Positions 9,424 through 18,967 of a stretch of 64,000 bases of DNA are shown here, piece by piece. The stretch is from positions 41,845-105,844 of the forward strand of contig CAYNVT010000001.1 of the NCBI GenBank assembly GCA_964400685.1. The letters are read 5' to 3'. Each line of letters starts with the position of its first letter. Position 1 is the first letter of the stretch. This DNA comes from an uncultured Bacteriovoracaceae bacterium (GTDB taxonomy: Bacteria; Desulfobacterota; Desulfomonilia; UBA1062). The notes beneath the pieces were generated by a model. That model saw only the letters and a program-made list of their open reading frames with translations. It was not told the origin of the DNA and ran no database searches. The position numbers were made by a program, and so were the translations under genes.

Positions 9424-10698
9424 TCAGACAAAAAAGATCATCCCTAAAGATATGCATGTCATCATTATGGCGGCGGGCAGGATATAGCGTCTTAGTCCCG
9501 GGCTGCCCATGAATATGACCATCAAACCCTTGGTGGCTGTGTTTGTGGCCGCGGCCAGGATAATTCCGGTTGCAGCGCTTGTCGCATCGAGAGCGCCCTG
9601 GCCTGAATTCATCTTGGCGAGCGTTATGGATATGGCGTCAACGTCTGCGATGCCTGCAAGAACACTGGATACTAGCACTCCGCTGCTGCCCCAGTTCATC
9701 TGGGCGAATTTTGATATGACCAGAATAATGGAAACCAGTATTGCAAAGCTTATTGCTGGCCACAACTCGAACGGGTTGGCAAAGGATACCTCAGCTGCGT
9801 TGTCTGCACGCCCGGCTTTTTTATAAAGCCAGAAACAATAGACGAGCCCAACTACCACCGGTACCAGCATAGGCAGGATGAGCCTTTCGGCCAGGGGCAT
9901 ATTCAACACCCCAACTATCACGATGATCCTGCCGAACATGACAGTCCATGCAATCGTTATTGCGAGGGCGAAGTTTTTTGCCAGCGTCTGCGCCTGCCTG
10001 CTCTGCTGCGTACATGAAAGGGTAAGTGCGGTGGATGACGCCAGCCCGCCCAACAGGCCGGTAAGGCCCATGCCCTTTGAAGGGCCGATCACTTTTATGA
10101 GTATGTAACCTATGAAACTGATGCCAGAAATCAGAATGACCAGAAGCCAAATGTTGAAGGGGTTGATCTGGTTGAACGGTTCCGGGCCGAATGTCCTGTT
10201 CGGAAGTATGGGAAGGATGATAGCGGTTATGACCGCGAACTTGAGTGTTGCAAACAGGTCTTCCCTGGACATGCGTTCCACTATGCCGTGGAGTTCCGGT
10301 TTTATGGATAAGAGCAGCATCGTCATGACGCCAAGTGCACCTGCTATTGCGATCTGGCCGTAATTGCACATGATGCCGCATATAAACGCGATCAGAGCCG
10401 ACACTTCGCCCGTAATGCCTGATTTCTGGTTGAGTGTGTCCGCATACTGAGTCACGGCGAGGATAATGCCGAAGGAACCTATCGTGATGATGAGCGGAAG
10501 GATACTGTGTGTGATATCCGATACAAAGGCGGAGGCGCAGCCCAGAAGCGAAATAAGCGCAAACGTCCTTATCCCGGCGGTGTGCTCCCTTTCCTCGCCC
10601 CTGCTGAATGAGAACTCGCGCTGCATGCCTATGAGGATGCCTATGAGGAGCGCAACGCCGAACCTTAAAAACAGATACGGATCCTGCTGTATGGTCAT
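9424..10698 (-). CDS. MgtC/SapB-family membrane protein with DUF4010-like C-terminal domain
   Basis: 424 aa polytopic membrane protein with N-terminal ALLIGILIGMQREFSF, an MgtC-like signature. Confidence 0.55.
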   Translation of the reverse strand: MTIQQDPYLFLRFGVALLIGILIGMQREFSFSRGEEREHTAGIRTFALISLLGCASAFVSDITHSILPLIITIGSFGIILAVTQYADTLNQKSGITGEVSALIAFICGIMCNYGQIAIAGALGVMTMLLLSIKPELHGIVERMSREDLFATLKFAVITAIILPILPNRTFGPEPFNQINPFNIWLLVILISGISFIGYILIKVIGPSKGMGLTGLLGGLASSTALTLSCTQQSRQAQTLAKNFALAITIAWTVMFGRIIVIVGVLNMPLAERLILPMLVPVVVGLVYCFWLYKKAGRADNAAEVSFANPFELWPAISFAILVSIILVISKFAQMNWGSSGVLVSSVLAGIADVDAISITLAKMNSGQGALDATSAATGIILAAATNTATKGLMVIFMGSPGLRRYILPAAIMMTCISLGMIFFV

Positions 10699-10858
10699 AA
10701 TATCCTTATCGGTTTATAAGCCGATTTATTCAATATTTATGTTGAGTTTATGGGATTAGAGAAATCCGGCAACATAAATTCTTTACAGTTTCATGACTGG
10801 GCTGTAATCTTGATCAACAGATTAATTCAGCTCATTCAAACCAGAAGACGGAGAAGAC

Positions 10859-13210
10859 ATGGCTCAACTCACTTTAAGGGAATGGATTGCAAGGGTCGAG
10901 AACGACAGGCGGTTCATGGAAAATGTCACCGCCTTCAAGAAGATCGATGCTTCATCGGGAGGTTTTTCTCCTTATCCTGAGTGGGTGGACAGAAGAATAA
11001 GAAAAGTGCTCGAAGCCCGGGGGATAAAAAAACTTTACAGCCATCAGTCGGATGCAGTCGAACTGGTGAGGAAAGGCCGAGATGTTGTCCTTGTAACACC
11101 TACGGCCAGCGGAAAGACTCTGTGCTACAATATCCCGGTACTTCAGGCTATCATTGAAAAGCCCGAGACCAGGGCCCTTTACATGTTCCCGACAAAGGCA
11201 CTCGCGCAGGACCAGATGCAGGAGGTCCACAGCCTGATAACCGAGCTCGATATGAATATCAAAACCTTCACCTATGACGGCGACACGCCCGATGATGCCC
11301 GGCAGGCTATCCGCAGGCAGGGCCATATCGTTATTACAAACCCTGACATGCTGCATACCGGCATTCTGCCGCACCATACGAAGTGGCAGAAACTCTTCGC
11401 CAACCTTAAATATATAGTGGTCGACGAGCTTCATATCTACCGCGGGATATTCGGCAGCCACCTTGCAAATGTCTTCAGAAGGCTAAGGCGCATATGCAAT
11501 TTTTACGGGAGCAACCCGGTGTTCATCTGTTGTTCGGCAACCGTTGCCAACCCCAGGGAGCATTCCGAAGCCGTGCTCGGGCGCGAGGCCGAGCTTATTG
11601 ACAAGAGCGGTGCGCCGCGAGGGGAAAGGACGGTTATCCTTTATAATCCGCCTGTGGTGAACCGCGAACTCGGCATCAGACAAAGCGCCATGGTTCCTGC
11701 GCGCGAAATCGCAAAAAGCCTTGTTGATAACGGTATCCAGACAATAATCTTTGCGACCTCAAGGCTAAATGTCGAGGTCCTGACGAAATATCTGAAGGAC
11801 GCGTTTGCTCAGGGCAAGCTTCCCGATGACAGCCGTTTCATTTCAGGCTACAGGGGCGGCTATCTGCCTGAGACAAGGCGCGAGATCGAAAAGGGCCTCA
11901 GGGATAAAGAGGTGATGGGTGTTGTCAGCACGAATGCGCTTGAGCTTGGCATAGACATCGGGAATCTGGAAGCGTGTATAATGACGGGGTATCCAGGTTC
12001 GATTGCAAGCCTCTGGCAGCAGGCGGGCCGGGCGGGCCGCAAGAAGGATGCGAGCCTTGCCGTACTTGTGGGCAAGAGCATGCCGGTCGATCAGTTCATG
12101 ATGGAAAACCCGGATTTTCTTTTCGGCAGTCCGCCCGAGCACTGCCGGATAAACCCTGATAATCTCCTGATATTGCTTCATCACATTAAGTGCGCTGCGT
12201 TCGAGTTGCCGTTTACTGAAGGAGAAAACTTCGGGAACGAAAATATAAAGGAGATACTCGACTATCTTGCCGAAAAAGGTGTTCTCCACAAGGCGGGCGA
12301 ACAATGGCATTTTTCCGCCGACAGCTATCCCGCTGATGATGTGAGCCTGCGTACGGTCAATCCGGACAATGTCGTGGTGGTTGATGAAACAGTTACCGGC
12401 TCAAGCAGGATAATTGCCGAAGTGGACTTCGACAGCGCGTTCACTACGGTTCATGAGGGTGCTATCTACATGCTGGAATCAAGGCAATACCATGTGGACC
12501 ACTTCGATGTCGAGAGGCGCAAAGCCTATGTCCATCAGGTGGACTCCGACTATTATACAGATGCCATGACCTGGACGAATGTCAGTGTGCTGGACGAATT
12601 TTCGAACAAAAAAAGCGGAGTAATAACAGTGGGCCACGGCGAGGTCGAGGTCGTGAGGAAGGTGGCCGGTTTCAAAAAGATAAAATTCTATACCGGCGAA
12701 AATGTAGGGTTCGGCGATGTAAACCTGCCGCAGAACGACATGCATACTACCAGCTATTGGTTCACCATCCCCTGGAATATGCTCGATACCCTTGAAATCA
12801 CGCGTGGACAGATACTGGACGGCCTGATGGGGCTGAGCTATTGTCTGCATCAGCTTGCGGCCATCTGGCTCATGTCTGATGTGCGTGATATAGACCGCGC
12901 TATCGGAGACAAGACCGGCCAGTGGTACATTAAAGGCGGCAGGGACAGGCTGGCTACAACTCAGAGCGCGGAAACGCCGGTTGGCCTTTTCGACCCCACG
13001 ATATTCATTTTTGACGCATACCCCGGCGGCATCGGCTTTTCAGAACTTTTATATGAGATGCACGAAGACATACTTGTTCATGCCAGAACGCTTATTAATG
13101 TCTGCCCCTGTGAAAACGGCTGCCCCTCGTGCGTGGGCCCGCGCCTTGAAGTGGGTCCCGATGCAAAGTATGCCGCCCTTGAGATACTGCAATTGATTCT
13201 GGGAAAATAA
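10859..13210 (+). CDS. mrfA: MrfA (YprA)-like DExH-box helicase with C-terminal DUF1998 four-cysteine zinc domain
   Basis: 783 aa. Walker A TPTASGKT, a DELH box, the QQAGRAGR motif and a C-terminal CPCENGCPSCVGP. These align closely with my recollection of B. subtilis YprA. Confidence 0.85.
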   Translation: MAQLTLREWIARVENDRRFMENVTAFKKIDASSGGFSPYPEWVDRRIRKVLEARGIKKLYSHQSDAVELVRKGRDVVLVTPTASGKTLCYNIPVLQAIIEKPETRALYMFPTKALAQDQMQEVHSLITELDMNIKTFTYDGDTPDDARQAIRRQGHIVITNPDMLHTGILPHHTKWQKLFANLKYIVVDELHIYRGIFGSHLANVFRRLRRICNFYGSNPVFICCSATVANPREHSEAVLGREAELIDKSGAPRGERTVILYNPPVVNRELGIRQSAMVPAREIAKSLVDNGIQTIIFATSRLNVEVLTKYLKDAFAQGKLPDDSRFISGYRGGYLPETRREIEKGLRDKEVMGVVSTNALELGIDIGNLEACIMTGYPGSIASLWQQAGRAGRKKDASLAVLVGKSMPVDQFMMENPDFLFGSPPEHCRINPDNLLILLHHIKCAAFELPFTEGENFGNENIKEILDYLAEKGVLHKAGEQWHFSADSYPADDVSLRTVNPDNVVVVDETVTGSSRIIAEVDFDSAFTTVHEGAIYMLESRQYHVDHFDVERRKAYVHQVDSDYYTDAMTWTNVSVLDEFSNKKSGVITVGHGEVEVVRKVAGFKKIKFYTGENVGFGDVNLPQNDMHTTSYWFTIPWNMLDTLEITRGQILDGLMGLSYCLHQLAAIWLMSDVRDIDRAIGDKTGQWYIKGGRDRLATTQSAETPVGLFDPTIFIFDAYPGGIGFSELLYEMHEDILVHARTLINVCPCENGCPSCVGPRLEVGPDAKYAALEILQLILGK

Positions 13211-13244
13211 ATCCTGATCTGAATAAATCAGGGTTATAATCAAT

Positions 13245-14585
13245 TTAATTATCGATTAGCAGAATCCTGACATCCATTACATTTGTTCGCGTAGGACCTG
13301 TCACGAGCAGATCGCCTGTCTCTTTCAGGAAATTATATGAATCATTGTCTTGAAGGTATGTATCGATATCGAGCCCCTTTGCTTTTCCTCGCGCAGCTGT
13401 TCTGGTATCGACAATTCCTCCGGCCGCATCTGTCGGGCCGTCCGAGCCGTCTGTTCCTCCGCTGAGAACAATGATGTTTTTATCCATGCCGGCGATTTCT
13501 TTTGCGGAAACGAGGGCGAATTCCTGGTTGCGCCCTCCCTTGCCGCTTCCTTTTATCTTCACCGTGGTTTCGCCTCCGCTGATTATGCAGGCGGGAAGAC
13601 TGGCGGAATTGCCTGAAAGGATTATCTGCCGGGCGATCGTGATATGCGCAAGAGCTACTTCTGTCGTATCGCCTTCAATGGCCGAAGAAAGGAGTATTGT
13701 GTGGTAGCTTGTCGATTCTGCCTCTTTCTTTGCTGCAGTGCAGGCCATAAGATTACTGCCGATAATTATGTTCGTTATCTTCTCGAAGATGGGATCTCCT
13801 GCCTTTGGCGTTTCCGGAATACAGCCTTCAGAACCTGCCTTGAGTCTTTCAATTACACTTGCAGGGAGCCTGTCTATGAGATCATATTTATTGATAATTC
13901 CCATTGCGTTATCGAACGAAGACCTGTCAGGTACAAATGGGCCCGAGGCGATTACATCCATGTCATCTCCAATGACATCTGAGAGCATAAGATTAATAAC
14001 CGTTGCAGGATATGCTATTCTGGCAAGCCCGCCACCTTTTGAAGATGAAAGGTGCTTTCTTACTGTATTTATTTCATGAATATCCGCCCCGCATTTGAGC
14101 ATCTCATCAGTTACTTTTCTTTTCTCGGCTAGTGATATTCCCTGAGCCGGCATCGGCAGAAGAGCTGAGCCTCCGCCTGATATGAGAGAGATAACGAGGT
14201 CGTTTTCCGTGCATGCATCAAGGAGATCGGAAATCTTCTGAGTCCCGGCCAAACCGTTCTCATCCGGTACCGGGTGACCTGCCTCGATAAGTTCGATTTT
14301 ATCAAGCTGTATGCCATAGCCGTACTTGATAACAACTGTCCCTTTGTTTATCCTGTCTCCCAGGATGGATTCAACAGCCTTCGCCATGGGTGCCGATGCC
14401 TTGCCTGCACCGACAACGACAACCCTGTGGTATTCATTCAGGTTGTATTTTTTATCGCCTGCGCTCAGCGTGTGATTGGTTAATGTCAGGAAAGATCTTA
14501 CCGCATTTTCAGGATCGACCGCAGCAACAGCGGCCTTGAATATTTTTATTGCATCATCTCTCATACTCGATGTCTTATCCGGCAT
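13245..14585 (-). CDS. glycerate 2-kinase, MOFRL family
   Basis: VVGAGKASAPMA and a MOFRL C-terminus. I prefer the ATG at 14585, preceded by GGAGG, over the ORF-track start at 14642. Confidence 0.8.
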   Translation of the reverse strand: MPDKTSSMRDDAIKIFKAAVAAVDPENAVRSFLTLTNHTLSAGDKKYNLNEYHRVVVVGAGKASAPMAKAVESILGDRINKGTVVIKYGYGIQLDKIELIEAGHPVPDENGLAGTQKISDLLDACTENDLVISLISGGGSALLPMPAQGISLAEKRKVTDEMLKCGADIHEINTVRKHLSSSKGGGLARIAYPATVINLMLSDVIGDDMDVIASGPFVPDRSSFDNAMGIINKYDLIDRLPASVIERLKAGSEGCIPETPKAGDPIFEKITNIIIGSNLMACTAAKKEAESTSYHTILLSSAIEGDTTEVALAHITIARQIILSGNSASLPACIISGGETTVKIKGSGKGGRNQEFALVSAKEIAGMDKNIIVLSGGTDGSDGPTDAAGGIVDTRTAARGKAKGLDIDTYLQDNDSYNFLKETGDLLVTGPTRTNVMDVRILLIDN

Positions 14586-14699
14586 TGAGCCACCTCCGTC
14601 GATCTGACTGACAATAAATGTTATCATGAGAAAAATGTTCATACCATAAATATATCAGGCTCGTTGACATGGGATTGTTATTTCCTTAAGGTACCAGAC

Positions 14700-15296
14700 A
14701 TGCAGATAATCCTTGCATCAGCTTCGCCCAGGAGGAAGGAATTGCTCAAATATCTGGGGATTGAATTTGATATTATAATTCCGGACATACATGAACATTC
14801 CCATGAAAATGAGCCTCCTGAAGCCTTTTGCGCCCGTATCAGCAGGGAAAAGGCCCTTGCGGTAAGAAAGGGGTTTCAGGATTCTCTTATAATTGCGGCT
14901 GACACCATAGTTGTCATCGATGGCGAGATTCTAGGCAAGCCGAAAAGCAGCGATGATGCATGTTCATACCTCAGACGTTTAAACGGCAGGCGGCACACTG
15001 TGTTTACGGCCTACACAATATTATTCCCTAATGGAGATAGTGAGGTGACCAGGGTTGTAAGTTCAACAGTTCACTTTGCCGATATGAGGGAAGATGATAT
15101 CATGTGGTATGTTTCTACGGGTGAACCCATGGATAAGGCGGGAGCATACGGTCTCCAGGGAATAGGGGCGGCATTTGTGGACGCAATTGACGGTTCTTAT
15201 ACCAATGTCATAGGCCTTCCCCTCTCGGAAGTGTTTAAGGATATCAAACCTTATATAATGCTTAAAAAAAATATCTCAGGAGGTATCAATGCGTAA
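14700..15296 (+). CDS. maf: Maf-like nucleoside triphosphate pyrophosphatase / septum formation protein
   Basis: MQIILASASPRRKELL...; the likely start is the ATG at 14700 within the longer ORF. Confidence 0.85.
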   Translation: MQIILASASPRRKELLKYLGIEFDIIIPDIHEHSHENEPPEAFCARISREKALAVRKGFQDSLIIAADTIVVIDGEILGKPKSSDDACSYLRRLNGRRHTVFTAYTILFPNGDSEVTRVVSSTVHFADMREDDIMWYVSTGEPMDKAGAYGLQGIGAAFVDAIDGSYTNVIGLPLSEVFKDIKPYIMLKKNISGGINA

Positions 15297-16776
15297 GTTC
15301 ATCATGGCTATTGACCAGGGAACAACAGGTACAAGGGTGATGATTGTTGATAAGAAGGGCACAATCGTGACAAGCGCCTATACCGAATTTCCCCAGATCT
15401 ACCCGAAGCCTGGATGGGTGGAACACAATGCCGAGATAATATGGGATTCGACAATACAGGTCATGAACCAGGCATTCAAGGATGCAGATATAACGGCAGC
15501 AAACATTTTAGGGATTGGAATAACCAACCAGAGAGAGACCTCGGTTGTCTGGGACAGAAAAACTTTGAAACCCGTGCACAACGCCATCGTCTGGCAATGC
15601 AGAAGAAGCGCCGGTATTTGCGATGAGATGAAGGAAAAAGGGCTTGAGCCGGTTTTCAAGAAAAAGACAGGCCTTGTGCTCGATGCATATTTTTCCGGTA
15701 CAAAGGTGAAATGGCTGCTGGACGAGCATCCCGAAATCAGGAGTAGGGCTGAAGCCGGTGAGCTAGCATTCGGAACCATAGATACATGGATTATTACCAA
15801 ACTCACCGGGGGAAGAGTTCATGTGACTGATTATACGAATGCTTCACGCACTCTTATGTATAATATCCATGAAAAGAAGTGGGATGATGAACTGCTTGAG
15901 CATCTGGGTATCCCCGCATCGCTTCTGCCCAAGGTTGTTTCGTCATCAGAGATTGTCGGTGAAAGCGATCCGCATGTCACAGGCGCTGCAATACCGATTG
16001 CGGGGATTGCCGGCGATCAGCAGGCGGCGCTCTTCGGACAGGGATGTTTTTTGGAAGGTCAGGCGAAGAATACTTACGGCACCGGTTGCTTCATGCTCTT
16101 GAATATCGGCAATAAAAAGGTGGAACCTGAAAGCGGGCTTATTCTGACGCTCGCATGTGACAATGAAGGAAAGCCCTGCTATGCAATGGAAGGGTCCATC
16201 TTTATCGGAGGAGCGGTAATGCAGTGGCTGAGGGACGGCCTGGGACTGGTGTCGTCTGCGGCGGAATCGCAGGCCATTGCCGAGAGCGTGAAAGACACGG
16301 ACGGAGTATATTTTGTTCCCGCCTTTGCTGGCCTGGGCGCTCCCTACTGGGATATGTATGCGAGGGGAGGGATTCTGGGTATCACAAGGGGAACGACGCG
16401 CGCCCATATCATAAGGGCGGCGCTTGAAGGCATTGCTTTCCAGGTCAAGGACCTGATAGGCGCATTCGAGAGCGTAACAGGAGAGAAATTCACTGAGTTG
16501 AGGGTCGATGGAGGCGCGTGCAAGAATAATTTCCTCATGCAGTTCCAGGCTGATACGCTGGGATGTCCGATAGACCGTTCATCGTATATCGAATCAACGG
16601 GAATGGGTGCAGCGTTTCTTGCCGGAATGGCTACAGGTTTCTGGCCTTCGAGTGGAGAGATAAAAAATCTTAGAAAATCGGACAAGGTTTTTTATCCGAA
16701 AATAAATGAAGAATCACGGACAAGGATGTATGACGGCTGGATTGATGCAATCGGCAGAGTAAAGAGCAGGGTTTGA
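15289..16776 (+). CDS. glpK: glycerol kinase
   Basis: 495 aa, near-collinear with E. coli GlpK (AIDQGTT, YPKPGWVEH, GITNQRET, VWQCRR, HVTDYTNASRT). Confidence 0.92.
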   Translation: MRKFIMAIDQGTTGTRVMIVDKKGTIVTSAYTEFPQIYPKPGWVEHNAEIIWDSTIQVMNQAFKDADITAANILGIGITNQRETSVVWDRKTLKPVHNAIVWQCRRSAGICDEMKEKGLEPVFKKKTGLVLDAYFSGTKVKWLLDEHPEIRSRAEAGELAFGTIDTWIITKLTGGRVHVTDYTNASRTLMYNIHEKKWDDELLEHLGIPASLLPKVVSSSEIVGESDPHVTGAAIPIAGIAGDQQAALFGQGCFLEGQAKNTYGTGCFMLLNIGNKKVEPESGLILTLACDNEGKPCYAMEGSIFIGGAVMQWLRDGLGLVSSAAESQAIAESVKDTDGVYFVPAFAGLGAPYWDMYARGGILGITRGTTRAHIIRAALEGIAFQVKDLIGAFESVTGEKFTELRVDGGACKNNFLMQFQADTLGCPIDRSSYIESTGMGAAFLAGMATGFWPSSGEIKNLRKSDKVFYPKINEESRTRMYDGWIDAIGRVKSRV

Positions 16777-17543
16777 TGAAGTTTCTTGAATATCTGGGCC
16801 GCATAGCAATATCTTTTATAGAACAGATAGGAGAGGTAGGAGTTTTCCTCTCCAGTATTATTAAATGGCTTTTCAGAAGGCCATTTTATTTCCAGCAGCT
16901 TTTCAAGCAGATGGAATTTATCGGAGTGAAATCAACCACGGTTATCCTTCTTACTGGAATTTTTACAGGCATGGTAACTGCTCTTCAGATGCATTACGGA
17001 TTCAGGCTATTCGGTGCCGAGGCGCTTGTCGGATCTACAGCCACGCTCAGTATTACAAGAGAGCTTGGTCCTGTCCTTGCAGCGCTTATGGTTACGGCAA
17101 GGGCGGGTTCTGCCATGACGGCCGAGATCGGCACTATGAGAGTCACAGAGCAGATTGACGCCCTTACCGTAATGGGCGTCAATCCATTCCAGTATCTTGT
17201 TATTCCCCGCATAATTGCAGCAATTCTTGTCATGCCCATGCTGACACTTGTTTATGATGCAGTAGGCATGGTCGGGTCATGGATTGTCGGGGTGAAAATC
17301 CTTGGCATTAATGAGAGCATGTTCTGGTACCGTATAACTGAGTATGTTCATTACAAAGACATATTTACCGGGATGTTCAAGGCGACATTCTTCGGCCTTA
17401 TCATTGCAACTGTCGGTAGTTACAAAGGCTATTCGACAACAGGAGGAGCCGAGGGAGTGGGTCAGGCAACAACTTATTCCGTTGTTATTTCTTCAGTGAG
17501 CATTTTGATTGCAGACTATATCCTGACTGCTTTGATGTACTGA
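16776..17543 (+). CDS. mlaE: MlaE-family ABC transporter permease (solitary)
   Basis: ~255 aa five-TM permease with MlaE-like conserved regions. Its ATG overlaps the glpK TGA. No MlaF or MlaD partner lies in the window. Confidence 0.65.
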   Translation: MKFLEYLGRIAISFIEQIGEVGVFLSSIIKWLFRRPFYFQQLFKQMEFIGVKSTTVILLTGIFTGMVTALQMHYGFRLFGAEALVGSTATLSITRELGPVLAALMVTARAGSAMTAEIGTMRVTEQIDALTVMGVNPFQYLVIPRIIAAILVMPMLTLVYDAVGMVGSWIVGVKILGINESMFWYRITEYVHYKDIFTGMFKATFFGLIIATVGSYKGYSTTGGAEGVGQATTYSVVISSVSILIADYILTALMY

Positions 17544-17544
17544 T

Positions 17545-18177
17545 TCAGGAATTAGCGAAACTTCCTGTCAAAAGAAAGTTTTTAACCAGATTGGCAGTCT
17601 TTTCATTCTTATGGACAAGCTGATGAGGCCAGAACCTTCGAAGAACAAAATCATGCATGCCGTTAAATCTCGTTTCTGATACGGCTACCAGATCGTCATT
17701 ATCGCCTGATATGAATGGATTTAATCCGACTTGCATACCTGTCCCTGCTGCAATTACCCCGATTCTTTTTCCGGCAGGAATTTTATCAGCGGGAAATGAC
17801 AGATCAGCAAGGGTTCTGGAAAAATGATCAGCATACGGCAGTGTTGATAAAAATTTCGCTGCGGCTGAACCGTTTACAGGTGTTGAGATAAGAACGATAT
17901 TTCCGATTCCTGGGATGTCATATCTGGTTAGAATATCCATTATAATCCTTCCTCCCGAACTGTGGCCGACCATATGAAGGGTTTCCCAGGAATACCCGGA
18001 CAGGAGATCATACATAAGAGTGCTGCATCTTTCTATACCTGCAGTGGTAACTGGCAAAGTTGGAACGATTGTTTTGAAACCGTTTTTTATAAAAAACCTT
18101 TTCAGGTAATTCATACCCCGCGCTGTCCTCATATAACCATGCAACAGTAAAACAGTCGGGATCTTTGGTTTATTCAT
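17545..18177 (-). CDS. alpha/beta-fold hydrolase (esterase/lipase-like)
   Basis: LLLHGY then a GHSSGG nucleophile elbow. The start is ambiguous: the ORF track uses TTG at 18201 and I prefer ATG at 18177. Confidence 0.6.
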   Translation of the reverse strand: MNKPKIPTVLLLHGYMRTARGMNYLKRFFIKNGFKTIVPTLPVTTAGIERCSTLMYDLLSGYSWETLHMVGHSSGGRIIMDILTRYDIPGIGNIVLISTPVNGSAAAKFLSTLPYADHFSRTLADLSFPADKIPAGKRIGVIAAGTGMQVGLNPFISGDNDDLVAVSETRFNGMHDFVLRRFWPHQLVHKNEKTANLVKNFLLTGSFANS

Positions 18178-18207
18178 CTGAAAAAAACTTACATTATTCA
18201 AAAGAAT

Positions 18208-18243
18208 AAAGGGAATGGTTTTTTTTCTAAAACCATTCCCTTT
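18208..18243. terminator. bidirectional rho-independent terminator
   Basis: Perfect 15-bp inverted repeat AAAGGGAATGGTTTT-ttttct-AAAACCATTCCCTTT with T-rich and A-rich flanks, immediately 3' of the PEP-CTERM gene. Confidence 0.8.
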
Positions 18244-18264
18244 ATTATATTTTCAATTATATCA

Positions 18265-18837
18265 CTAATTATGTGGTCTATTTCTTTTCCTGGCAAGAAA
18301 ACCTACCGACAGCATGCCCAGACCTACCAGTACCATTGATGCAGGTTCAGGTACAGGTGTTGCAGCGCTGTAATTGACTGTAAGCGTTGAAGAGTCGATA
18401 TAGAAATCTCCGCCAAGAGATGCCAGAGTGACTGTCAGGGCCCCGTTCTGTAAGATGACATTGTAGTTATATGTACGGGTGTCAACTTCTCCGATTGACC
18501 ATGACCCTGTATTTGTCCATCCAATGGCGAACTCAGGTCCGTCAAGCCAGCTGTTGCTGTCGTCCCGGAGTCTTAATGATAGCCTGCCTTCAATAGCCTT
18601 GGTATCCGGTGACGGATTAAATGTGAATGCCTGTGTCCATTTAATATAGTCCCCGGATCCATTCAGAAGGTTTACGGAACCTCTGCCATAATCTACAAGT
18701 GACCCTGTTCCATCACCAGAGCTTGTAACCCCTGCTGAGTTAAAGGTTGTTACGTTTGTTAAAGTTATCGGTGCTCCGAATGAACTGCCTGCGAATACAA
18801 AGATAAACAATGCTGTTAAGATTAGACTTTTCCTCAT
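18265..18837 (-). CDS. PEP-CTERM sorting-domain secreted protein
   Basis: Signal peptide plus C-terminal VPEPASMVLVGLGMLSVGFLARKRNR (PEP motif, TM helix, basic tail). GGAGGGGG RBS. Confidence 0.8.
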   Translation of the reverse strand: MRKSLILTALFIFVFAGSSFGAPITLTNVTTFNSAGVTSSGDGTGSLVDYGRGSVNLLNGSGDYIKWTQAFTFNPSPDTKAIEGRLSLRLRDDSNSWLDGPEFAIGWTNTGSWSIGEVDTRTYNYNVILQNGALTVTLASLGGDFYIDSSTLTVNYSAATPVPEPASMVLVGLGMLSVGFLARKRNRPHN

Positions 18838-18912
18838 ATTATTCCCCCTCCATTAAATCAAATTGTTGTCAGCCCTTATTTATTAGTAATCTTTCTTAAT
18901 ATGATAATACCT

Positions 18913-18940
18913 CTTATAATTTTTATACAAGCATTGTCAA
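18913..18940 (-). promoter_or_regulatory. sigma70-like promoter of the PEP-CTERM gene (minus strand: TTGACA -16 nt- TATAAG)
   Basis: On the minus strand: ttctatatTTGACAatgcttgtataaaaatTATAAGag. It shares the 14-mer TTCTATATTGACAA with the GntR promoter at 42604-42617. Confidence 0.5.
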
Positions 18941-18967
18941 TATAGAAAATAACTTATTTCACACTCT

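Noticed and set aside
13245-13257. 13-mer TTAATTATCGATT present at 13245-13257 and 62063-62075, both at gene 3' ends
   Set aside because: It is AT-rich and partly palindromic (ATCGAT) and likely coincidental. Neither copy is associated with a stem-loop.
14586-14642. N-terminal extensions in ORF-track calls (glycerate kinase MNIFLMITF..., HypB 23085-23192, HypA 24760-24792, protease 25244-25294, maf 14664-14699, RHH 62127-62189)
   Set aside because: Internal ATGs with proper GGAGG-type RBSs, or matches to family N-termini, give better starts. The extensions lack RBSs or run into upstream genes.
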